Shown here: positions 17,829-28,248 of the stretch, one piece after another | Position numbering within the stretch: the stretch's first letter is position 1 | How the letters are laid out: each line of letters begins with the position of its first letter | Origin: Thermoflexales bacterium | Lineage (GTDB): Bacteria > Chloroflexota > Anaerolineae > Fen-1058 | NCBI GenBank assembly: GCA_034434835.1 | Contig: DAOTXX010000152.1 | Span: 5,594-69,593, forward strand | Reading direction: 5' to 3' | Length of the DNA: 64,000 bases | The notes under the pieces: generated by a model | The model's input: the letters and a program-made list of their open reading frames with translations, nothing else | Databases searched by the model: none | Told to the model about the DNA's origin: nothing | Made by a program: the position numbers and the translations under genes

Positions 17829-18040
17829 CTGATCTTTACCCACAATTCACCAGTAGCCCGAAATCGTGCTGGGCAAGCGATTGAAATCGCCCTGAGCGCG
17901 GGGCTAAAGCCGCCGCGCTCAAAGCCCCAAGCCCTTTGGGCTGAACCACCCGCCCCCGCAGGGGGCTTGGCCCTTTCAGCCCGGTGCTTCAGCACCGGGG
18001 GAGAAGGGCGGGAGGCCCTCGAGATGTGGGTAATGATTAG
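17829..18040. mobile_element. MITE 1 (TIR CTGATCTTTACCCACA / TGTGGGTAATGATTAG) with an 11-bp duplication GCGAAGCGGGG
   Basis: 14/16 inverted ends; duplication at 17818-17828 and 18226-18236; REP-like hairpins inside. Confidence 0.75.
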
Positions 18041-18042
18041 GC

Positions 18043-18219
18043 GTACTTGTTTACCGCCTTTGGCAGTCATTGCCCAACCTGCCCCTGGCCGGATGATGAA
18101 TCATCCGGCTGATACGAGAAACCGGCTGAAGCCGGTTGGCGATGGCCCCAGTCTGCTTCAGCAGACTTGACGTGACAGCCGCGAAATTCATTTCGCGGCT
18201 ACAGACGGTAAACAAGTAC
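18043..18219. mobile_element. MITE 2 (TIR GTACTTGTTTACCG) with an 8-bp duplication GATTAGGC, inserted at the end of MITE 1
   Basis: Perfect 14-bp inverted ends; duplication at 18035-18042 and 18220-18227; four internal hairpins including a GTAG-type REP. Confidence 0.85.
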
Positions 18220-18293
18220 GATTAGGCGAAGCGGGGGGAGTTGGAGGGGGGAGCGGCGTGGGAGCCGCCCTCCGCTGGGTTGCGCACCGGAAA

Positions 18294-18371
18294 CTAGGCT
18301 AGCACAACATCGTCCAGCGAGTCGAAATAGGCTTGCAAGGCTGTTTTGTGCTTATCCAGGTTGAATGTCAT
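18294..18371 (-). pseudogene. Truncated N-terminus of a probable minimal nucleotidyltransferase (MNT)-like gene
   Basis: GAGGTG RBS and MTFNLDKHKTALQAYFDSLDDVVLA*, breaking where YLFGS would be expected; TATAAT upstream. Confidence 0.35.
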
Positions 18372-18437
18372 CGCGCACCTCGTTAGACATTATAATACCA
18401 GCGCGGCTCGTCAACCAAACGAGCCGCGCATGGATTT

Positions 18438-18489
18438 GCCGTGACGACTTGAGTCGTCACACTCCCGAACGGCTGAAGCCGTTGCTACG
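18438..18489. repeat. REP doublet (GTAG type on the minus strand)
   Basis: GTGACGACTTGAGTCGTCAC and AACGGCTGAAGCCGTTGCTAC. Confidence 0.65.
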
Positions 18490-18494
18490 GACAC

Positions 18495-19901
<1,407 letters not shown>

Positions 19902-19933
19902 GTATCCTCCGAGAAATCTACAGATCGCACTTG

Positions 19934-20072
19934 GCGTTTGATGTGAAATGTTTTTCACCTTGTCATTGCGAGCCGCCGCAAGCGACGAAGCCATCCCCTT
20001 GCCGCAAAAGGAGATTGCTTCGCGCCCTCGCCTTCGGCGGGGTGCTCGCAATGACAATTCCACATCAAACGC
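19934..20072. mobile_element. MITE-like shell (GCGTTTGATGTGAAAT / ATTCCACATCAAACGC) around a GTCATTGCGAG palindrome
   Basis: 15/16 inverted ends; palindrome at 19962-20055; no clean target duplication. Confidence 0.65.
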
Positions 20073-20082
20073 ACTTTGTGAT

Positions 20083-21588
20083 TCACTTGTTGAGCGTTCG
20101 GTAGAGCTTACGCAGCGAACGATAGACCTGGCGATACGCTGCGTATAACTCGTCGTAGGTGGCGCGCGGTTCGGGATTGGGCATGACCACGCGACCGGGG
20201 GGCACGAGCGACTTGAGCGATTCGACCGATGGATAGAGGCCCAGGCCGACGGCGGCGATGAGCGCCGCGCCGATGGCCGAAGCGGTCTGCGGATTGGGCG
20301 CGGTTTCGAGTGTGCGGCCGGTCACGTCGGCCACGATCTGCAGCCAGGGCAACCCCTTGGCGCCTCCACCGACGACGCGCAGCAGGTCGGCACGGAAACC
20401 GTATAGCCCGGCGATGGATTCCACGATCCAGCGCACATTGTAGGCCACGCCTTCATAGATCGCGCGGGCCATCTGCGCGCGTGTGTGATTCGCGCCCAGG
20501 TTGATGAACCCCGCGCGTACACTTTCGTCGGCGATGGGGCAGCGCTCGCCGTACATCCACGGCGTAAAGATCAGGCTGCCCGCGCCAGGCGCGGTGCTGG
20601 CGACCTCGTCGTCCATGCGCTTGAAGGTTTCGGCGTCCGCGTCGGCACCATACAACTCTTTGGCCGCCCATTTGAGACACGCGCCAGCCGTTTCTGTTTC
20701 GGCGATAAGCAAGAGTTTGCCCGAGTCCGCAGATTGGATCGTGGCGATGCCGCGTTTGCCCGTGATGCGCTTGCCGGTGACGATGCCGACAAAGCCCGAA
20801 GTACCCAGGCAGAGATGCGCTTCTCCCTCTCCGACCGCCCCTGAGCCAACCGCTGCCGTCATCGCATCGCCCGCGCCGCCGAACACGGGCGTCCCTTCCA
20901 GCAAGCCGAGCGTCGAGGCCGCTTCACGCGTCAGGCCACCGACACGCTCGTGCGATTGAACCAGGACTGGAAATTTGGCCGGGTCAAGACCGAAAAAGCG
21001 CATCAGGGTTGTGTCCCAAATTTTGGTCTTGAGGTTGAACAGGCCGGTCACGCTGGCGACGCTCCACTCGTACACCAGCTTGCCGGTCGCCTGATAGAGG
21101 AGATAGCTGCTCGTGTCTACAATGGCAGCGGCGCGGGCATAGACCTCCGGCGTTTTGCGCTTGAGCCAGAGGTACTTGGGCAAAAGGTCTTTGCCCGTCA
21201 TCGCCACGCCGACGATCAGGGCAAAAATGGCCGGGCCACCCACCTTGCGCATGACAATCTGCGCCTCTTCGCCAGCGCGTCCATCCAGCCAACTGATGCA
21301 GGGCATGAGCGGCTGGCACTGCACGTCCACCGGGAGCGCGTTGACCATTTGCGTGGAAAAGGCCAGGCCGAGGATCTGGTTCGGTTTCGCGCCGCCGGAT
21401 TCGAGCACGCGCCGCGTGGTGATCGCCACCGCGCGCCACCAGTCGTGCGGGTCTTGCTCGGCCCACAACGGGCGCGGGTAGCAGGTGGGGTACGGCTCAA
21501 AGGCCGTCGTCACGATGCATCCATCTACGGTACAGAGCGCCGCCTTGGTTCCACTGGTGCCGACGTCGTGGGCAAGCAAGTAGTCCAT
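20083..21588 (-). CDS. FGGY-family carbohydrate kinase (xylulokinase-like)
   Basis: [55 protein letters not shown]. Confidence 0.92.
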   Translation of the reverse strand: MDYLLAHDVGTSGTKAALCTVDGCIVTTAFEPYPTCYPRPLWAEQDPHDWWRAVAITTRRVLESGGAKPNQILGLAFSTQMVNALPVDVQCQPLMPCISWLDGRAGEEAQIVMRKVGGPAIFALIVGVAMTGKDLLPKYLWLKRKTPEVYARAAAIVDTSSYLLYQATGKLVYEWSVASVTGLFNLKTKIWDTTLMRFFGLDPAKFPVLVQSHERVGGLTREAASTLGLLEGTPVFGGAGDAMTAAVGSGAVGEGEAHLCLGTSGFVGIVTGKRITGKRGIATIQSADSGKLLLIAETETAGACLKWAAKELYGADADAETFKRMDDEVASTAPGAGSLIFTPWMYGERCPIADESVRAGFINLGANHTRAQMARAIYEGVAYNVRWIVESIAGLYGFRADLLRVVGGGAKGLPWLQIVADVTGRTLETAPNPQTASAIGAALIAAVGLGLYPSVESLKSLVPPGRVVMPNPEPRATYDELYAAYRQVYRSLRKLYRTLNK

Positions 21589-21744
21589 ACGTTTCTCCTC
21601 TTTCGCAAGATCACGCGCCGGAAGGAGGGGATTGGGTATCAGGTATTGGAGATCAGCCGGGTGAGATTATAGCATCAGCGCGGCTCGTCAACCAAATGAC
21701 CAGCCGCGCGGCATTGGATATTGGGTATTGGAGATTGAGCAGGT

Positions 21745-23355
21745 TCAGCGCACGAGCATCAATGCAGCCTGCCCAATCAACATCAGCACGCCCAGCACGA
21801 TGAGCGCGTACACCAAGAACTGGGCCAGCGGATAGACCCACGAAACGGCCTTTCGACCGTCGTCGAGCACCAGCTCGCGCAGTTCAAAGACTGGCTGCGG
21901 GACGCGGCGGAACCAGCCGCGCGCTGTGCCGCTTTGCCCGATGAATTTTTCCGCGCGCAGCAAGCCGAACAGAAACTCGAACAGGCTCCATGGCTGACGA
22001 TAGTCCAGCACGACAAAGCCGGTCGAGTCTTGCAGCACCAGGTCTTCGCTGTAGAACAGGCCCGGCACGCCTCGCCCAATGATGCGCCCGCGCAGCGTGC
22101 CCGGCACCGCGCGCACCTTGCTCACCTTGACCTGGCCGACCAGCTCGCGGACATTTCGCCCGGCGGCGAGATCAGGCGGATAAGCAAAGCGCCGCTGCAG
22201 CCACCAGGCCACGCCCCAGGCCAGCAGCCCGACGCCGATACCCGCCAGTGGTAGCTCGAACAGAAGGCTCAGAGCCGCTACCCCCAGTCCAAACAAAAAG
22301 CCGAGCGTCGCAAGCTGGCTGATCACCAGATCCACCAGGAACTCGTCCCAATAGCTTTCCGGCTGCTCGGCGCGGAAGGAAAACGCAGGCGTGCGTCCCA
22401 TCGCTTCGCTCTGCTTTTCCAGCGCCTTGATGCGCTTGGCCGGCAGCGGATGACTCGACGACAGCTCGTACCACCCGGCCCACGGGTTCCACAAGTCCCA
22501 CTTCATTGCATCTTCCATCGCTGAGGTGGTGAGGCTGCCAGTCCCGGCTCCGACGAGCGCGAGCGCCCTGGCGACCTTGGGGTCGAACACGCCGAACGCA
22601 CGCGCGGCTTGCATCCGCACGTCATTCTTGGCCTGGCCGGATTGCGGCGCGCGAGCCAGTCCATAGGCGATCTTGACCAGGCCGGTCGCCAGGGCATCGG
22701 GATTGCCGGTGAGTTCGCCGGAGAAGCGGTCGGCATAATACTCGCGCACGCGGCTGAGGAGCAAGACGATGTACTGGCTCACCACGTAAGCGATGTAGGA
22801 GATGAGGCCAATCAGCGCGATGTACCCGCCGCCTTTGCTGCGCGAGCGGCCGCGACCGCGCGTAGCGATGTAGAGCGTGTAGAGCACGAGCGGCACGACG
22901 GCGGCGACCGTCATCACGACAAAATCCCAGTGCGCGATGTGGCCCAGCTCGTGACCGACGACGGCCTGCGCCTCTTGCGGATTGAGCATTTGCAGCAGCC
23001 CGCGCGTGACGACGAGTCTCGCGTTGCCCGGATAGTGCCCGAAGGTAAAGGCGTTCGGGTTGCCGTCGTCAATCACGCCAAAGCGCGGGATGGGGATGTC
23101 CCGCTGCTGGCACGCGCGCGCGATGAACGCGGCCAGTTCCGGGCTGAACTGCGCCGGGTCCACCCACTGAATCTTGTAGATCCACTGCAAGATGAACGGC
23201 CCCAACAGGTATTGCAGGGCCACGACGATCACGGCGAACGGCACAGCCAGCCACGCCGGCAGCCCCGTCGCCAGCAGAGCCATGATGCCGACCGCAAACA
23301 CCAGCCCGAACAACAGGGCCAGCACAATGATGGAACGCATAGCCAGGTTTACCAT
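21745..23355 (-). CDS. M48 (HtpX-like) membrane zinc metalloprotease with C-terminal extension
   Basis: PNAFTFG, VVGHELGH, SRVREYYAD, SSHP. Confidence 0.9.
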   Translation of the reverse strand: MVNLAMRSIIVLALLFGLVFAVGIMALLATGLPAWLAVPFAVIVVALQYLLGPFILQWIYKIQWVDPAQFSPELAAFIARACQQRDIPIPRFGVIDDGNPNAFTFGHYPGNARLVVTRGLLQMLNPQEAQAVVGHELGHIAHWDFVVMTVAAVVPLVLYTLYIATRGRGRSRSKGGGYIALIGLISYIAYVVSQYIVLLLSRVREYYADRFSGELTGNPDALATGLVKIAYGLARAPQSGQAKNDVRMQAARAFGVFDPKVARALALVGAGTGSLTTSAMEDAMKWDLWNPWAGWYELSSSHPLPAKRIKALEKQSEAMGRTPAFSFRAEQPESYWDEFLVDLVISQLATLGFLFGLGVAALSLLFELPLAGIGVGLLAWGVAWWLQRRFAYPPDLAAGRNVRELVGQVKVSKVRAVPGTLRGRIIGRGVPGLFYSEDLVLQDSTGFVVLDYRQPWSLFEFLFGLLRAEKFIGQSGTARGWFRRVPQPVFELRELVLDDGRKAVSWVYPLAQFLVYALIVLGVLMLIGQAALMLVR

Positions 23356-23394
23356 GTTGACCTCCTACAAGTCGCAGGGCGCAAGTCGCACGTC

Positions 23395-23486
23395 CATGCG
23401 TGTCAACTTAAGGTTGGAGTGCAGGCTTCAGCCTGCATAAAACGCGGCCTGAAGGCCGCACTCCGGGGCTAAAGTTTACACCAATG
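23395..23486. mobile_element. 92-bp MITE (CAT...ATG ends) containing a REP doublet; identical inverted copy at 43974-44065
   Basis: TIR CATGCGTGTCAACTT / AAGTTTACACCAATG; interior GGAGTGCAGGCTTCAGCCTGCA and GCGGCCTGAAGGCCGCACTCC. Confidence 0.85.
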
Positions 23487-23508
23487 GTCGCATGTCCGAT
23501 TCGGGAGT

Positions 23509-23552
23509 GGCAGGGCGGTGGGCGACTGCCGCCCTGACCATGACTTGGGCAC
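23509..23552 (-). repeat. Partial attC-like repeat (left half only)
   Basis: Minus strand GTGCCCAAGTCATGGTCAGGGCGG... resembles the left ends of the repeats at 23773, 24626 and 25511. Confidence 0.4.
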
Positions 23553-23569
23553 CGCCTGCCCCTCCAACT

Positions 23570-23746
23570 CTAAGCATCATCCAGGCCCCAGTCCTGGCGC
23601 ACCAGTATTGCACTACTCTCTGGGATAGGCAAATAGGTGGCAAGTACTGCAGTGACCCACCAACAGAAGACGAACAGCAACAGAGGACACAGAATTCCTA
23701 CAGCAAGGCTGACCGCGATTGATTCCGTCCTAGTCACGTTTTTCAG
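23570..23746 (-). pseudogene. Probable truncated membrane-protein gene (cassette remnant)
   Basis: AAGGAG RBS; (L)KNVTRTESIAVSLAVGILCPLLLFVFCWWVTAVLATYLPIPES then an abrupt end. Confidence 0.4.
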
Positions 23747-23772
23747 ACACTCCTTCGCGGGATACGGAAGGT

Positions 23773-23874
23773 GCCAAACTCGAGATTGGGACACATCGAG
23801 CCACATGGCGGACTCTGCAAATTCACTCGTGGCAGCAGGGCGGGCGCCCACCCCGCCGAGCGGAACTTGGGCAC
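23773..23874 (-). repeat. Degenerate attC-like repeat
   Basis: Aligns closely with 24626-24730; ends CCCAAT-CTCGA-GTTTGGC on the minus strand. Confidence 0.55.
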
Positions 23875-23882
23875 TTTCTGGC

Positions 23883-24578
23883 CTATTCTGCACAGTCTTT
23901 CAACTGCCTTCTGGTGTATACTTCAAGCACTACGTTGGTAATCACTGTCCCAATGGCCGCACTTACAATGAAGGCAATTGCCGCTTTCCGCAGAGCCATC
24001 CAAGCCATTACCATTCCTTCACCCCAGCTTCCAAGTCCCGCCTCGTATTCCATTCTTTCTGCACACCATATTTCGCCGTTAGTATAAGCGATGTAGCTCA
24101 CCAAATTGTTGTATGATGACTCATTAGATGGAATGGAGAAAGAAATGTTCAGGGTCACCTGAAGGACAGGTTGTGCAGGTGGTATTAGGTAGAATCGCGA
24201 ATTCTCAATTACTGTAACACCAGCAACCGGTTTCCCTTGAATAACAGTCATGCCATCTGGCACACAAATCGGCACGATGTCCGTGATTTTAGTTGTTCTC
24301 TTGTCTGTTTCTGCAAATAGGCCAGAGCCCATCTGATATTCTAGCCCAACGGGCGGCGCATTTAACGATGCTACGTAACGCCAGGTTCCATTCCAACCCC
24401 ATACAGCTATATACGACATCACAATTGAACTGAGAAGACTAAGAAATGATACTGTTGCTGCCGCAACTAGCACGGGACGACGGTGATATCTTAACGTCCA
24501 TAATGCCCCGAGTATCACTCCAAGAAGTAGGGGTGGAGTTAGACAAACCAATATGCATGTCGAATACTCTGAGAGCAT
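23883..24578 (-). CDS. Hypothetical membrane protein, lower GC (cassette-like)
   Basis: Hydrophobic segments at both ends, AT-richer codons, bounded by attC-like repeats. Confidence 0.75.
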   Translation of the reverse strand: MLSEYSTCILVCLTPPLLLGVILGALWTLRYHRRPVLVAAATVSFLSLLSSIVMSYIAVWGWNGTWRYVASLNAPPVGLEYQMGSGLFAETDKRTTKITDIVPICVPDGMTVIQGKPVAGVTVIENSRFYLIPPAQPVLQVTLNISFSIPSNESSYNNLVSYIAYTNGEIWCAERMEYEAGLGSWGEGMVMAWMALRKAAIAFIVSAAIGTVITNVVLEVYTRRQLKDCAE

Positions 24579-24625
24579 CTGCCATTTCTCGTGTGCTGGC
24601 TTGTAATTGTCGCGACTGCGGTTGC

Positions 24626-24730
24626 GCCTAACTCGGAATTGAGCCGCGCAAAGCCACATGGCGAACTCTGCAAATCCACTCGCAGCAGCGGAGCGGGCGA
24701 CCGCTTCGCGCCGCCGACCGGAACTGGCAC
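24626..24730 (-). repeat. attC-like repeat with a canonical right end
   Basis: Minus strand ...GCGCG-GCTCAAT-TCCGA-GTTAGGC (L'-spacer-GTTRRRY); left arm degenerate. Confidence 0.65.
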
Positions 24731-24731
24731 A

Positions 24732-24968
24732 TTACAATTCGTCGTATTCCTCTGGCTCTACATTGGCTACCTTTGCCATTGCTTTTCGGAATTTCTGCTT
24801 ATCTCCGCGCTTAGCTCGCTTTCCAATGTATTCTTCGGTCATCAATGCCGATACTTTTTCTGCCAGCGCAAGAGTAATCAACTGGTTGATCGAGATGCTT
24901 TCTTTCGCGGCTAACTGCCGTGCGCTATCGTGCAGGGAATGGGGCAAACGAAGGCTAATCGTACTCAT
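24732..24968 (-). CDS. Ribbon-helix-helix antitoxin-like protein
   Basis: MSTISLRLPHSLHDSARQLAAKESISINQLITLALAEK; ATGA overlap with the PIN gene. Confidence 0.9.
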   Translation of the reverse strand: MSTISLRLPHSLHDSARQLAAKESISINQLITLALAEKVSALMTEEYIGKRAKRGDKQKFRKAMAKVANVEPEEYDEL

Positions 24969-25393
24969 GGCAACTCTCCAATCTTTTGCAGAAACTCTCT
25001 CGGAGTTATTATGCTGATACCGAACTGTTCGACTCCTTCAAAATCACGTTGGTTGTGCGTGACGATAAAATCGCATCTTGCACTGACTGCCAATTCCAAG
25101 ACCATATCATCTTTGGGGTCTTTGAGGAACGGACGCCATAGATAAAAGACCGCATGGTGACTGGCAACCACACAGATATAATCGAGAATATGGTCAATAT
25201 CACGAGCAGTTAGGGCTATTTGGCCTATAAGCCTTTTGGCTGCCTCTTCATATTCGAGAACAAGCGGCACGGAGACGTTCGCCACAAACTTGCCGCTATC
25301 AATCAGTGCGAGCAGCTTGTAGGAAGCGCCGCGGCGTGAACGGAGGGCGGCTACCAAGACACTGGTATCAATGACAATCTGAGGCGTGTTCAT
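24965..25393 (-). CDS. PIN-domain toxin-like protein
   Basis: IVIDTSVLVAAL, LVLEYEE, DPKDDMVLELA, IVTHNQRDF. Confidence 0.93.
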   Translation of the reverse strand: MNTPQIVIDTSVLVAALRSRRGASYKLLALIDSGKFVANVSVPLVLEYEEAAKRLIGQIALTARDIDHILDYICVVASHHAVFYLWRPFLKDPKDDMVLELAVSARCDFIVTHNQRDFEGVEQFGISIITPREFLQKIGELP

Positions 25394-25396
25394 ATC

Positions 25397-25428
25397 GGTA
25401 TCATATACGATACCAAGGCATTTGTCAA
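25397..25428 (-). promoter_or_regulatory. TA promoter with overlapping palindromic operator (leaderless mRNA)
   Basis: TTGACA-17 bp-TATGAT; GGTATC-N6-GATACC spans the -10 box; ATG lies 6 nt after the -10. Confidence 0.8.
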
Positions 25429-25510
25429 TGAGGTGTGACCAAATCCGGTTGATGCGTAGTGGCGACCCTTGTGGTCGCCCGCGTCAAGGCTGGCTTTGGG
25501 GTCGTGCGTC

Positions 25511-25611
25511 TTCCAACCGGTAACGGCTGAGCCGCGCAAAGCCACATGGCAACTCTGCGACCCCGCTTGTGGGAGATGGGCAGGCGACCGCCCCACTGAC
25601 CATAACTAGGC
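25511..25611 (-). repeat. Degenerate attC-like repeat
   Basis: Shares GCAGAGTT(C)GCCATGTGGCTTTGCGCGGCTCA with 24626-24730. Confidence 0.55.
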
Positions 25612-25647
25612 CGATCCGAAACATGTGCAGATGCATCCGAATCCGGC

Positions 25648-26022
25648 TCAAAACGGAGCAATCACCCAGCGCCCATAGGCGACGAAGGCGGCCAAAGCGA
25701 AAAGAACAAGGCCGACCAAGCTGTTAGGGCTTTCGCGGCAGGCGATGTGGAACCCAACCGCCACCAGCATCATCAGGGCCAGCAGCGCCGCTGACCAGGG
25801 CGTCAGCCAGGTCAAAATCCCGGTCACGGCAGGCAGGATCAGAGTGACCCCACCGAGAAACGCACAGAAGGCGATCAAAGTTAACAGGGGCCGTGTTGCC
25901 GCGCCGAGCCGCTGTATTCCTTTTTGCATTTTCGTCTCATCCGGGCGCAAACCGTGCGTGTAAGCAACTGAGACGAATTTAATGGCGAGCACTATTTGCA
26001 AAGCCCACAAGACAACATTCAT
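25648..26022 (-). CDS. DoxX-family membrane protein
   Basis: MNVVLWALQIVLA..., LILPAVTGILTWLTPWSAALLALMM, AFVAYGRW. Confidence 0.85.
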   Translation of the reverse strand: MNVVLWALQIVLAIKFVSVAYTHGLRPDETKMQKGIQRLGAATRPLLTLIAFCAFLGGVTLILPAVTGILTWLTPWSAALLALMMLVAVGFHIACRESPNSLVGLVLFALAAFVAYGRWVIAPF

Positions 26023-26099
26023 TTTGGTTCCTTGTGTTTGCCCCAGCAAGATCGCGGCTCTTGAATCAGTGTCTAGATTTCACGCGATTGCGATAGGTG

Positions 26100-26145
26100 G
26101 CTCAACTCGAGATAGAGCTGCGCAGGGCTGCCTGGCGAACTTGGC
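26100..26145 (-). repeat. Short attC-like repeat
   Basis: Minus strand GCCAAGTTCG...GCAGCTCTAT-CTCGA-GTTGAGC. Confidence 0.45.
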
Positions 26146-26149
26146 TTCA

Positions 26150-27286
26150 CTACTGGCTCACCTGTGCAAACGCGCCCTCCTTGACTTGGAAGATAAAGAC
26201 GCGCTGCTCTTTCACGTCGCCGTTGGCGTCGTATGCGATCTTACCCATCGGCGTGGTGAGGTCCAGCGTTCGGATCGCCTCGGCCACGCGCGGGCCGTCG
26301 AGCGTCCCGGCCTTTTTCGTGCCTTCGAGCAGCACCTTCATCGCGCTGTAGCCGTTGATGCTGTAGGTATCGGGGTTGCGGAACTCGACGTCCTGGTACG
26401 CCTTGATCCACTGCGCCTGCACAACGGCCTTCGGCTCTGGAGCAAAGTTGCTCAGGTAGATGCCCTCGGCGCTCCCGTCAGATTCGTCAATTGTCGCCGA
26501 CAGGAACGCGCCGTCGGAGGCCATGAACGGGACCTTGACGCCGGCATCCACCAACTGCTTGCGCAGATAGGGCGTCTCGACTTCATAGCCCGCGTAAAAC
26601 ACGGCATCCGGCGCGGCGGACTTGACCCGTTGCACTTCGGTGACGTACTTGCTCTGCTCCACTTGCACCTGGAGGCTGAGCACCGCCTGCGCGCCGAGCC
26701 GGCCAAGCTGCTCGCCCATCGCTTTGCCCAGGCCGATGCCATACGGGTCGTCGTTGTGGATGATGGCGATCTTTTTCGCGCCGAGCTTGCTGACCAGGAA
26801 CTCGGCGTCCACGCGCGCCTGCGTCGCGTCGTTCGCGTTGACGCGGAAAAAGTTTTTGTAGCCCTTTTGCGTCAGCGTCGCTTCGCTGGCCGTGGGCGTG
26901 ATGATGACGATGGGCAGGTCTTTGTAGACCTCCATCGCCGCGAGCGTCTGCCCGCTGTTATAGTGGCCGATGACGCCGAGCACGCGCTTACCTGCCTTGA
27001 GATCAGCCACAATGTCCTGAGCGACAGCGACCGCCACATCGTCATCGCTTTCGTCATCTTTGGCAACGACGACGACCTGGTAGCCCAACAGCCCACCGGA
27101 CTTGTTCACCTCGTCGGCGGCCAGGCGCGCGCCGCCCAGCACCGTCTGCCCGCCGTTGGCCTGAAAGCCCGAAAGTGGCGCGGCCACGTAGACGATCACT
27201 TCGCCTTTGGTCGGGCCAGGTCCGCCGCAGGCGGAGAGCATTAGCACCGCAATCATCAAAAGCATCAACAGCTTGTTCATTTGCAT
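26150..27286 (-). CDS. Branched-chain amino acid ABC transporter substrate-binding lipoprotein (LivJ/K-like)
   Basis: Lipobox LSAC, APLSG, DDESD, VIGHYNSG, FFRVNAND, YGIGL. Confidence 0.92.
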   Translation of the reverse strand: MQMNKLLMLLMIAVLMLSACGGPGPTKGEVIVYVAAPLSGFQANGGQTVLGGARLAADEVNKSGGLLGYQVVVVAKDDESDDDVAVAVAQDIVADLKAGKRVLGVIGHYNSGQTLAAMEVYKDLPIVIITPTASEATLTQKGYKNFFRVNANDATQARVDAEFLVSKLGAKKIAIIHNDDPYGIGLGKAMGEQLGRLGAQAVLSLQVQVEQSKYVTEVQRVKSAAPDAVFYAGYEVETPYLRKQLVDAGVKVPFMASDGAFLSATIDESDGSAEGIYLSNFAPEPKAVVQAQWIKAYQDVEFRNPDTYSINGYSAMKVLLEGTKKAGTLDGPRVAEAIRTLDLTTPMGKIAYDANGDVKEQRVFIFQVKEGAFAQVSQ

Positions 27287-27382
27287 TTCACTTCCTTTAT
27301 GGTGGAGTGTCGAGAGTCAAGAGGGAAGAGCAAAGCCTTGAGCCTCTGTCGCTCTGCGCTCAACTCTCCACGCTCGACGATT

Positions 27383-27607
27383 CTAAAAGAACCCGCGTAT
27401 CACGAGCAAAAAGCCAAAGATGATCAGCGGGATGCCGACCACGGCGCCGATAATCGTCGCGGTGAGAATCACCCCCACGATCATCAGCACCAGGCCCAGG
27501 AGGGCGGCAACCAACCGGCCAGTCACCTCGATGATCCCGGCGACCAACTTCCAGAGCGCCACAAACGGCCAGAGTATCCACGACGTACCGTGTTCTTCTT
27601 TCGACAT
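27383..27607 (-). CDS. Small membrane protein
   Basis: MSKEEHGTSWILWPFVALW...GAVVGIPLIIFG; GGAAGG RBS. Confidence 0.75.
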   Translation of the reverse strand: MSKEEHGTSWILWPFVALWKLVAGIIEVTGRLVAALLGLVLMIVGVILTATIIGAVVGIPLIIFGFLLVIRGFF

Positions 27608-27624
27608 ATCTGCCTTCCTGCTCG

Positions 27625-27746
27625 ATAGAGATTTGAGATAGAGATTTGAGATAGAGATTTGAGATAGAGATAGGGAAGGTTGCTTATCAATCTCTATCTC
27701 TATCTCCATCTCTATCTCTATCTCCATCTCCATCTCTATCTCTATC
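27625..27746. repeat. Hexamer microsatellite in inverted arrangement: (GAGATA/GAGATTT)n then (TATCTC/CATCTC)n
   Basis: Directly visible tandem repeats. Confidence 0.9.
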
Positions 27747-28194
27747 TGCGCTTTTCCATCAACAGCCCGGCTTCGCCGTCGCCGTAGTAATGGGTCTGGC
27801 GTCGGACTTGCTCATAGCCCAGCTTGCGATACAGCGCAATGGCCGGAGTGTTGCTTTCGCGTACCATCAGCCGCACGATGGGCCGCCGCAAGCGCGCCTC
27901 ACATTCTGCCAACAACCTGGCGCCGATGCCGCGTCGCCGATGCTGCGGCGCGACTCCCAAGGTGACGATCCACGCAGCCTGCTCGCCCCACGGCTCATCG
28001 CCCGCGACAAAGCCGATCAGCTCATGCCCCGTCGTCGCCTTGAGCGTCACGTTGCCTGGCCAGACGACGAGCAGGAGCAGCGTCAACGGGTCATACGCCT
28101 CCCTGGGGAAGCAGGCTCGCTCCAACCGCCACAGCGCCATGACATCACGCCACGAGGCGCGCGCGACGGTGACCTTTTGTATGGACAAAGACAT
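27742..28194 (-). CDS. GNAT N-acetyltransferase (RimI-like)
   Basis: LGVAPQHRRRGIGARLL, VRESNTPAIALYRKLGY, YYGDGEAGLLM. Confidence 0.9.
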   Translation of the reverse strand: MSLSIQKVTVARASWRDVMALWRLERACFPREAYDPLTLLLLVVWPGNVTLKATTGHELIGFVAGDEPWGEQAAWIVTLGVAPQHRRRGIGARLLAECEARLRRPIVRLMVRESNTPAIALYRKLGYEQVRRQTHYYGDGEAGLLMEKRR

Positions 28195-28248
28195 CCAGGC
28201 CCGTGAAACGTGATGACGTTTGACGTTTCACGCTTCACGCATCACGTT

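Noticed and set aside
18294-18371. tmRNA tag-like peptide ending VVLA*
   Set aside because: No tRNA-like domain or resume context nearby; it has its own RBS and ATG and fits a truncated gene better.
27610-27733. N-terminal MEMEIEIE... extension of the small membrane ORF
   Set aside because: It is the translation of the microsatellite; the RBS supports a start at 27607.
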